Assembly (NCBI RefSeq): GCF_009914755.1
Contig: NC_060938.1
DNA: 64,000 nt
From: the human T2T-CHM13v2.0 reference genome, Homo sapiens
Strand: one strand, 5' to 3'
This document shows positions 54,606 through 64,000 of the stretch, in pieces; within the stretch, counting starts at the first letter, position 1; the number at the start of each line of letters is the position of its first letter. The translations under genes were made by a program, and so were the position numbers. The notes beneath the pieces are model-generated. The model did no database searches and had not been told where the DNA came from. It was given only the letters and a program-made list of their open reading frames with translations.

Positions 54606-55299
54606 AGCTAGAGGGACGGGGGATAGATGGATGGATCCCTGTCTCGATAAGACCTCTTTCTGGCACACATCAGAGGGTCAACCAACCACCACAAGACCAA
54701 GTATAAGGCTGGAGCCAGCTGTCAAGTTTACTGTGGTGCTATTTTGTAACCAGGGCCCGAGGGTACCCTGGCCAGGACCCAGGGACTTGGAGCGCCATGC
54801 AGACAGACCCTGGCCAGTTGTCCCTCTTGTTTGATGGAGGAGCAGAGGTATGAGGCAGCTGGAGGTCAGGTAGCATGTCTGGAACAGGACTGACGAAGAC
54901 AATTAGGAAATCCAGGCATTCTGAGTTTTGGCCTTGGCTGTGGAATTCAGGCAGAGTTGGGGCTACAGGCATGAGGTTAAGGAAGCCGCATCTGATCCCT
55001 CCTTTATCCTCTCAGACTCTAGTAGTTAAAGCTGGACATCAGCTGGGGCCAGGGAAACAGTCTCACTTGGGGACAGTGGGAAAAAGGGATAGAAGATGTT
55101 TGGACAGTGCAGAAAAAAGGTGCCTTCCTCCCAGTCTACTTCCTGTCAGGCATGGAGATGTTGGCTTTGCATCAGCTCTCACGTTTCAACCCGCCCCTGG
55201 TATGAGCTCCATGCTAGGTTCTGGGGCATCTGAAGAAAAGGGGATCATTTCTGGTCTGGAAGGGAGATACAGAACAACCATATGACTGCAGTATAAAGT

Positions 55300-55880
55300 C
55301 GGTAGGATAATAGAGGCTGAGAAAGTGTTGCAGGGACCCTGGGGAGCCAGAGCATGTGAGGGAAGGCCTTCCATGGGAGCAACAGTGGAGCCCCATCTTC
55401 CCTTATGAGTGGGAAAATGCCTGACCTAGATGGACCAGGGGTAAGGGCCTTCCAGCAGAGGGGACCATGTGGGTAGTGAGGTGTGAACAGGGTAGGAAGT
55501 GTGGAAGGAATTGTAAGAAGTAGTATGGTTTATGTTTGGGAGTCAGGCTGGGGACAGGTAGGAGATGAGGCTGCAGAGTTGAGCAGAGCCCAGCTGGTGC
55601 CAGGCCCTGGGAGTCAAGATGCAGGGCAGAAGGGAGCTGCAGGGTTAGGTGGGCATTTTTGCAGAGTCATCCTGATGGCACTATGGAAGCAGGATTGGAG
55701 GGGAGCAAGGCAGGCAGGAAGACGATAGCAAGTGTCAGCATGAAGGGTGATGAGGGCATGGACCGTGGGAAAGGGATGATTTGCTGAAGCTTTTGTAAAG
55801 AAATCAATAGGATTTCAAGACTTGCTACATGCAGGGAGTAGAAGAGTGGGAGGCATCTACTCCTTTTCTGGCCTGATTTA
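55300..55880 (-). mobile_element. L2 fragment
   Basis: agggaaggccttcc...ttccagcagagggga...ggagatgaggctgcagag...ggattggaggggagcaagg...aaatcaataggattt. Confidence 0.6.
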
Positions 55881-57614
55881 TTAGCAAAAAACAGTGCTAC
55901 AAAGATCTAAAAATAGGCAGAGTAGAATGGGGTGTCTGTGAAAACTCTATGGCAGGTGCATGGGAGGGTGTGCATTGCAAATATCAATGGATGATAGTCC
56001 CTCTTGGTGAATGTTTTCTGTGTGAGTGAGTTATCCCTTTGGCCCCTCTGGCCAGGGCTCCAGGAGGCAGTGTTCCCCCTTAGAACAGCCTTCCCACAGC
56101 ACCCATTAGCATTTATCAGTCCCAAAGGAAGATTTCTGAGATCTCAGCCGGCAGAGTCTTCTAGAGCAGGGGAACCCTCTCCTGGCTTCACCCTCCCCCA
56201 GGGAAAGTCAACTTTGAGGGGAGGTGGGAAGGGCTGTGTGAGCCTCTTGGCCCTTCACGTGGTCCCCTGAGGGGAGACTGTACTGTGGCTTCCTCCTTCC
56301 TGCCCAGTGTGGTTGCCTGTTGATGGCTTTGCAAGGAAGAGGCTGGAATGTGGCTGACTTGGCATTTCCCAGCCGCACCCGCACAGCTGGCGGGGCCTGG
56401 ACCCAACTCCAGACGGGGCTCAGTTGGTCTGCTTGGCTTGGCTAGTGCCTCCAGGCCGTCCCGCCTTACCTTCTCTAAAACTGCTTAGGACAGCAGAACT
56501 GGGCCCGAGATCTTGGCCAAAGCAGGTTTCCTTGTGGTAAACGGAGCTGGCTCTCCAGCTGTGCATTGCAGCCAAGGCCTGGCGGGGCTGAGGCTGCAGA
56601 AGCAAAACTGAAAGTGCTGTGGGAGAAGTGTAGCCTATGCCACCTCTGAAACTGGGAGAAGGCTCCTTGGGGCCAGTTTGGGGAGGAACTTGGCTCTAGT
56701 GGGTTTCCTCATCCCTGGAGGCAGAAGTCAACAGGACAGTCACAAAAACAGTCCAGAGGTAGGGCAGACACCAACGTTATTTGGCTTATGTTGTCTGAAC
56801 CATAGTCTTCTAAAATCTGGAATCTGGTATCATTTGGGTGTGTCTTTTCATACCATATCCAAGGAAACTTGGATATTGTACCTACCCAGTGAGCCCTTTT
56901 AGTAGAAGTAGTACTTTACCCATGGAGAAGTCTGCAGTGTGGACAAGCGAGTGCTGTTACACTGATCCTAAGGAGCTCTTGCTCCCTCTAACTTAGGTCC
57001 CCAGCCTTTGCCTGATGACCAGCTTTGAATTCGGCAGTCCTGACCTCCAGTGGAATATATGTGTGCTTGTGTGAGACAGGTTGGGAGCCTGAGGCCAGTG
57101 TAATCCTGGAGCTGGGAGGGGAAGGGGCAAGGCTTTGGGCTTTCTTGGGCTATGGCTTTGTGGTTGAGGGGGTCTAACTGTGATGGAAAGTCTCCAGCAA
57201 AGACTGCTTGAGAGATTCCTGAAGCTCTGGGGGAGGCCTCCCTGCTCCATGCCTATCCAGCACTCCCCCAGGAAAAATCTCAGATTTTGTTCAGTTAACA
57301 GAGGCCTCTTGGGTCTTCTTTTGCACAGACTTACTGCTATGCTAGGACTCCTGCTGGATCTAAGTCTTAGCCAAGAGCTTGTACAAAGCATAGTGGGTAC
57401 CTGCTGTCAACTTCATCTGTGACTTAAGGCTGTTGCCAGGCCAGAAACTTGATTTACAGAGTTTTTAAATCCATTGCCTTCAATAGTTTTGTTGGAAGTA
57501 GGGAAACTATCCCCAAACCCTTCCAGCTACTGTCTTTTGTCTGACTCCATCTTCTTTAAGCATCATGCTTAAATATTCTTCTTGGGCCATGGCTAGAGCC
57601 TCCATTCCTCTAGA

Positions 57615-57800
57615 TCAAGGGTTTTGTTTTGTTTTGTTTTTGTCTTTTTTTTTTTTAACCTGAGTCCATGGACTTTGAATGGATTTAGGGAGTCCATTAA
57701 TCTGAAATCTGCAGACTTCTCTGTGTATGTCCATTTCTCTAGAGAGAGAGCTCACATCTTTGTGTAGGCTCTCAGAGGGTTCACAATCCCTCATGGACTC
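57615..57800. mobile_element. Degraded hAT-Charlie element (MER103-like)
   Basis: ttaacctgagtccatggac...gggagtccat...catttctctagagagagag...tctcagagggttc. Confidence 0.45.
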
Positions 57801-60695
57801 AAAGCTGAAATTTTCTGCTATTAATGTACTTGGAGTTTGGCCTGGCCAAAGTGTTGGATTCCAAAGATGACCCTAGGGCTACCCAGCTTACAGGTAGAGG
57901 TAGGGCTCTCTTATTTAGGGATTTGAGGGTTGTTTTGGCAGCCGAAGGAGTTCAGAAGCAGAGAATATCATGCTAGCTGGGAAGGAGGAAGGAAGGCAAC
58001 AGGACCCTCGGGCCTCACAGGGCAGGCTGTGAGTCATGCCAGTGTTAGAGGGAGCCCAGAGGCACTGCCTGGAGGGGCTCAGAGGATCTCTCCTGAGGAA
58101 GTGAATGCTGCACATCTCAGCCCAGTGGCTCAGCTGGGAGCCAGGCAGGGTGGGGGGCAGCAATCAGAAGTCGTGGCTGCCCTGCACTGGGAGGCCTTGA
58201 TGGGAGTGAAGAGAGTCAAAATGTTGTTCTTCTGGCAAGGAGATGTCAGGAAGGGAAAATCAGAAGAAAGGCAGGGAAAGGGGCAGGAGTCAGATGATGG
58301 TCACTCTCAGGCATGGAAGGAAACTCTTGGAGGTTGTAAAGTCAGAAGAAGAACTGCTTCTTGCTGCAAAACAGCCCAAAGGAGGGTGGCAGAGCTCTAT
58401 CAATGGAGTGGCTGAAAGCTGGACAGGCGGGAGCCCCAGAAACACGTGTTGGAGGGAGTGCGCCTCCCCTGGCAGGGCCTCTGGGTGGGATGACCTCATC
58501 CCTTCCCGTCTCAGCGACTGAGGCTTTATTATTCCAGCCTCTAGGTAGACATTACGCTATACTGAGCCTAAAGGTTAAAGGAAGAGCTGCCTTTGCCTTG
58601 GAACTCTCATGGCTCCCTGGCAGGAGGGGCTGAGCAGGAAGGTCCCTGACTGCCTCCCTCATTGCTTGAGAGAACTGAGTTCCTTCCTTGGGGGCCTTCT
58701 GTCTCTGCTCCACAGCCTGTGTCCTCCCTGCTGTTTGGGGAAAGGCAGGGACAGGCAGGTCACTCCCCTACCTGCACCAATAGAATTCCAACAAAATTTT
58801 CTGCCTTTGCAGCTGGTATGCACTGCAGGGGCCGTCTTAACAGTGAATATTGCAGGTAAAATAGGGAAAGATGGAAAACACCAGAATACTGTGTATGCTG
58901 GCAGAGACAAAATCTGAGTTCTTCAGTGAATAACTTCATGCCTGTTTCAAAGACCTCCTGAGCCTGGTTTCCATGACAGACTAAGCAGATTTCCTAAAAG
59001 TTAGAGGCAGCTGGCAGCTCTCCACGGCTCCCTCACACCTTCCGCCAGGTACTCTTTGAGTTAAACCTGTCACGATGAGGTCCCCTTGGCAGATCCACTA
59101 ATTGCATCCTCCTGGAATCAGTCCAGGATGCCCGGATTACCTGCTCAAGACTGAAATTCAGCTAATTAGGAATAGGCATCTAACAGGGATGGATGACTGG
59201 CTTTTTTTCCCCCCGCATAATGGAACTTCTTTTTCCCTGAACTTGGACGTTACTTGGTGGGGTGGAAGAGGAGGGAGTTTGCTGGCTTGTTCACAGGGGA
59301 GGGGTCAGAGATTATCTCCCTTCTGGAAAACTCAGCAAACCCCAGAGAAGTCAGGGTGGCATGACAAGTGCCTTGAATAGTTTCCCCACCAGGAACAGCT
59401 TCAGAATGTGCAGACAGGCCTTCGACCCTGATCTAGGATCCCTCTGGAACAGTGAGCCCTCTGCCCCACTTCTGACCTCTGGTAGTCATGTGCTCTGTCC
59501 CAGCGCCCTGCACACTGAGGATGTGAATGTGTGGGACTCCCAACATCAATCTTTTTCTCCTTCCCCAGGGGAAGTTGCACAAGGGCCTAGATCACAGTCA
59601 CTCAGTGCCAAGCCCTGGGAACAGGAGCCATGGGGCTCATGGGGTTCCATTCTCCTCGTTAGTGAACCCAGGCAGCCCCTCTGTAATAGACCCATTATTG
59701 GCTTTAAAAATTGTAAATAGTAGTTATCACCCTGACTCCGTTTTGGGAGAAAATAGGAGACAGTTAAGTAAATAACATAGATGAGTAGGCCATTACATAC
59801 AGTTACACATGTAGACGTAGATGTTGGCCTTGTAACTTGATGAGGGGCTGTGTTAGATGTGCTTGTGACTCTGCCTCTGGATGCCAGGAAGTGTTCTTGG
59901 TGACTCTAGTCCAGCATTTCTCAGCAGAATCACCTGGCAGTGCTGGTGAATACATGGTTTCCTGGGTCCACCCCAGATCCCCTGACTAAAACCTCAGGCT
60001 GGAGAGACTCATCCCCAGTAGGTCCAGGCTTTTCCAGTTTTGGAACTTCTGTTGGTGTCTGACCCAGTTGCTTTCTTCTCTCAATTCCCACTGCACTGGA
60101 TGTCCAGCAGTGATGGACCGTGGGAACCTCACACCCCACATTCAGTTGTCATGACTATTTTCACCTTTTTGGCTCTGTCTCATAGAGACAGTGAGCCACT
60201 TGAGGCCAGGGGTGCACCCTCCAGGGCCCAGACTGGCACTGGGCGTACAGTGGATGCTCAGAGCACCTTCCCCACAGTCAGTCCACCACAGGGCACATGT
60301 TTACGTGTAATGAGCAGCTTGTCCGCAGTGAGTGCTAGGCCAGGGGAGGGACAATTTGGATTCCAGCTCTGGTTTATTCAGCAAATTAGATCAAGCCAAT
60401 TTGTCTTGAGCACCCATCATGTACAAGAACATTTCTGGCTTTGGTAGAGGGTGAGGCATGTTTGTGTAATAAGGATTACCCACCTGGGGAGTCCTGAGAA
60501 AAGAATGGTCCAATCTTAGGATTTGAGTCGGAGAGGATGGCTTAACGTTGCCACAGGCTGAGCCGCTGTGGGTGGACTTTGGCTTGGAGGAGCCGTTTCT
60601 ACCTGACTTTCTGGGGGCAGTCATACCAGGGCTGATGGTTCCTGCAAGATCCTGATTGGTGTTCTCTGCGGTGGGGGTGTTTGTCCATGGCCCAG

Positions 60696-60940
60696 GTTCT
60701 CAGAGCCAGACCCCAGCCACACCCTGGAGGAGCGGGTAGTGCACTGGTATTTCAGCCAGCTGGACAGCAATAGCAGCAACGACATTAACAAGCGGGAGAT
60801 GAAGCCCTTCAAGCGCTACGTGAAGAAGAAAGCCAAGCCCAAGAAATGTGCCCGGCGTTTCACCGACTACTGTGACCTGAACAAAGACAAGGTCATTTCA
60901 CTGCCTGAGCTGAAGGGCTGCCTGGGTGTTAGCAAAGAAG
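60696..60940 (+). CDS. SMOC1: SMOC1 coding exon (exon 11): EC domain with two EF-hands, (R)FSEPDPSHTLEERVVHWYFSQLDSNSSNDINKRE...DLNKDKVISLPELKGCLGVSKE
   Basis: cccag| acceptor; donor aag|gtgagt; 245 nt, phase 2 to 1; EF loops DSNSSNDINKRE and DLNKDKVISLPE; SPARC-family W-x-F-x-x-L-D and C...F...CD pattern. Confidence 0.97.
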
Positions 60941-61194
60941 GTGAGTGCTCTCCCCTGTGCTCCTGGCCTTTCAATACTTGCCCCCACCCAGGCATGGGAC
61001 CAAGGGCTCTCTGATAAATGAGATTCCAGATACTCATCTATTCATCAATTATTTGCTGGAAGTGTGCTATGCTTCATGCTAGATGTTTGAGACAGTGGTG
61101 GAATTGACTGATAAGGTCCCTATCCTTGCACAGAAGACAGAGCTTAAATAAGCACTCACATGAGCTGTGATACATGCTGTGAGAGTGTGCTAGG

Positions 61195-61317
61195 GTGGGC
61201 CAGGCTACAGTCACAAGTAGACCCATACATCATGGCTTGACACAGTGGAAAATTTTTCTTTCCCATATAATAGTTCAGCATGGTCGCAGGTTGTAGGGTG
61301 TGTGTGTGTGTGAGTGT

Positions 61318-61349
<32 letters not shown>

Positions 61350-61725
61350 AGGGGTAGGAGTAGGGGCAGGGATTGCTCTATGCAGTCACTCTGGGATCCA
61401 GGCTGAGAGTGACTCTGCCATCTTCATCATGTGGCTTCCAAGGTTACTCTGGGGGTCATCTCCATCCTCAGTCAACCAGATGGAGTAGACATGAAGCAGT
61501 GCATGTGAGGGAGTTTCATGGGCCAGTCCTGGAAATGACACTCATTCCTGCTGGTATTTCACTGACCAGAGCTCGGTCACTAGGAAGGCTGGGTTTTATG
61601 GGCCAGCCCTGGAAATGACACACATTCCTGGTCATAATTCATTGGCTGGAACTCAGTCACTAGGGGAAGGGAACCCAAGAAGAGAGCAGCATGAATTCTG
61701 GTGAACACCTAGTAAGCTCTGTCAC
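61195..61725 (-). mobile_element. MLT1-family LTR with an internal (TG)n and an 80-bp tandem duplication
   Basis: ggctacagtcacaa...tggcttgacacagtggaaa...cagtcactctgggatccaggctga...ctctgccatcttca...ggtgaacacctagtaagctctgtcaca; duplicated unit at 61514-61593 and 61594-61670. Confidence 0.7.
61298..61349. repeat. (TG)n microsatellite, about 26 units with two interruptions
   Basis: Read directly from the sequence. Confidence 0.95.
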
Positions 61726-61827
61726 AGCAGGGCAAGTGCAGAGCATTGTAGCAACATATATAGGGGCACCCAAGACTCTAAGGGACAGACAGCCTTGAAA
61801 AACTTTTGAAGGAAGCAATGCCTAAAC

Positions 61828-62031
61828 CAGGGCTCAGCAAACAATGGCCTGAATGCTCAATCTAGTCTGTGGCCTGTTTTTGTACAGCCTGTGAACTAAG
61901 AATGATTTTTGCATTTGTAAAGAGCTGTAAGTTTTTTTTGAAAGAAGAATATATAAGAGGGACCGTATATGGCCCACAAAGCCTAAAATATTTACTATTT
62001 AGTCTCTTGCAGATAAATTTGCCAACCCATG
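61828..62031. mobile_element. MER58B-like hAT-Charlie element
   Basis: TIRs cagggctcagcaaac ... tttgccaacccatg; tatggcccacaaagcctaaaatatttactat; degenerate 8-bp TSD gcctaaac / gtctaacc. Confidence 0.82.
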
Positions 62032-63076
62032 GTCTAACCCATTACTGGAAACATGAGTAGGAGATGGCCAAGCAGAGAGGTCAGGAGAGGGAAGAGTGTT
62101 CTAAGCCAAGGCAAATGAGGAGTGAAGCTCTGGAGGCAAGGAAACAGTTTTCAATGAGCTGAAGGATGTTTGTGTGACTGAAATGAATATTTTAACAGTG
62201 GTAGGAAGAGCAGGGGTGGTGACAAGAGGCAAGGTGAAGTTGGAGAGTTTTTAAATTCAGGTGAAAGACTTTAGACTTTATAAGGGTAGTGGAAAGCTGT
62301 TGAAGGCATTCAGAGAATTGATAGTATCAGTTTTTCTTTAAAAAGTATTCTGGTTTCAGGGTGGGACATGGATTGGAAATGAGCAAGGCAGGGTCATCCA
62401 ATAGGAGGCATGGCACAGTCCAGGCTAGAGTGATGGAGGGCCAAGTTATGAAAACACAGCAGGGTAAGGGGAATGGAGAGAAGTGGGTGATTGGAGATCA
62501 AGTTAGGTATGGGACAAAGGTAGGTTTGTTCAGCTGGAGGCATGGCTGCTCACTGAGATGGGCAACATGGAAGGAAGAGCAGGTTAAGTATAGAGGGATG
62601 TAGAGGGTGCCCAAGTATGGTTTGGACACGTTGAGTTGGATGCACATGAAGGATGAGTGGCTCTGTAATGCAGGTGAAGGGTCTGAAGATGCAGATTTGG
62701 GTGATGCCGACTTATTTGAAATGGAAGCTTTGGAAAAGCTGAGATTTCCTAAGGAGAGAGTTTAGCAGAAGAAGATAAAAAGGCCTTTTCCTTGTTCCTC
62801 AGTTGTCAGAGTAAACCCAAAGAATAGCATGGGAAATGGATGGGTTCCCATAGGAACCTGGGCTTGGGATCCACTTCCCACCGCCCGCCCCGCCATGGCT
62901 GGTTTCTGGCCTTGGTTCTGGGGCTTACTGGTGTGTGACTGACTTCATTACTCTGGGCATGCCTGTCTGACGCGGATGCTTCTCTGTTCCCATAGTACTC
63001 TGAGTCTCCAGGACTCAGCAATGAGTCAATGGTTCAAACCCTGCCTCTGTCCCGGCCTCGCTCTTTCACTACATGC

Positions 63077-63283
63077 GGCTTGAGTGTCCCTTATCTGAAA
63101 TGCTTGGGACCAGAAGTGTTTGGAACTTTTTCAGATTTTGTAATATTTGCATTACACTTACTGGTTGAGCATCCCAAATCCACAAAATCTGAAATCCGAT
63201 ATGCTCCAGTGAGCATTTCCTTTGAGCATCATGTCAGCACTTAAAAGGTTTTGGATTTTGAAGCATTTTGGATTTCAATTCAG
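63077..63283 (+). mobile_element. Tigger4a/MER46-like TcMar element inserted in a MIR
   Basis: ttgagtgtcccttatctgaaatgcttgggaccagaagtgtt...atgctccagtgagcatttcctttgagcatcatgtcagcac; MIR text on both sides (about 63020-63070 and 63290-63450). Confidence 0.85.
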
Positions 63284-64000
63284 TACAAATTACTGAACCA
63301 TTCTGCATTTCAGTTTCTTCACCTGCTTAATGGGAAAAATGCTAGAGTCTATCTCATAGGACTGTTGTGCTGATTAAATGGGACAGTGAGTTAAAGCATT
63401 CCCAAAGTTCCTGAGAAATTGAAATAACTCAATAGAAGTTCAATACTACTATTCTTCTTTGTAAGATGAACTTACACTGTGTTGCAGTTTACTCTTCCGA
63501 TTACCCCTTGAAGCCAAAAGGATTCTCTCTCTCAATTCCTAACCTCTAGCACCGTACATGGCACCTGGTAATTCATTAAGTCCTTGTTAGATGAATGAAT
63601 AAGTGAAGGAATGAATGGATGGGGGGGTTGCCCCTTCCGGTGACATTATGCTCTGACACGCTTGGAATTTGTGGTCCTTTCGCAGAGCACAGTCAGATGG
63701 CCAATGTCGGGAAGAGACCATCCAGTGTCAATGTAGACCCCAGGCATACCAGGGGCACTCCTGGGCTAAGCGATGATGCTCTGTACTGCCCCTGCCTTCG
63801 GCCCCCTTCCCGTGCTAGTAGTTCTGGTCTGCACAGCACACGGAAGCCAAGCAATGGCTGAGTGTGGTGAGCTCAGATCCACCGAGCTCAGGGACTCCTC
63901 CTAGCCTTCCTCTGAAGCCTTTCCAGGCACCAGGTGTCTGCCAGTCCCAGCTGACATACAGGACCTGACAGAAGCATCCAGAGAAAACTGAAGTAGAATG

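Larger units (their letters stand above)
61040..62780 (-). mobile_element. L2 broken by nested MLT1 and MER58 insertions
   Basis: L2 text at 61040-61190, 61730-61825 and 62035-62780 (tttggacacgttgagttgga; gaagatgcagatttgggtg; tgagatttcctaaggagagag). Confidence 0.65.

Noticed and set aside
57930-58415. 161-aa plus-strand ORF and neighbouring overlapping ORFs
   Set aside because: TTG start, no recognisable motif, several frames open at once in G-rich sequence; not needed for the SMOC1 frame.

Overview
Mammalian genomic DNA, recognisable as human from its Alu, L1, MIR, L2 and MER content. The window lies inside the SMOC1 gene (SPARC-related modular calcium-binding protein 1) on the + strand. 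Eight coding exons can be read directly, each with an AG acceptor and GT donor: 13213-13312, 15416-15463, 29915-29971, 31898-31978, 48252-48444, 48983-49065, 50884-50989 and 60696-60940. They total 913 nt and splice into one open frame, VQCHTYTGYCWCV...ELKGCLGVSKE. This covers the second half of thyroglobulin type-1 domain 1, the linker, thyroglobulin domain 2 and the two-EF-hand extracellular calcium-binding (EC) domain. By my recall of the gene these are exons 4-11; exons 1-3 and the last exon fall outside the window. The rest is intron with a normal load of interspersed repeats, several with target-site duplications still visible. Almost all entries in the ORF track are spurious. I found no convincing new gene or biological system. 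The best leads are all hypotheses. (i) A CpG- and motif-dense TATA/CCAAT/CRE element in the long intron before the TY2 exon, followed by a consensus splice donor that is in frame with that exon. (ii) A locally triplicated segment with one near-identical inverted copy. (iii) Several weak or tandem splice sites that could give small in-frame or truncated SMOC1 isoforms. Repeat boundaries and subfamily names are by eye and approximate unless a TSD is quoted.
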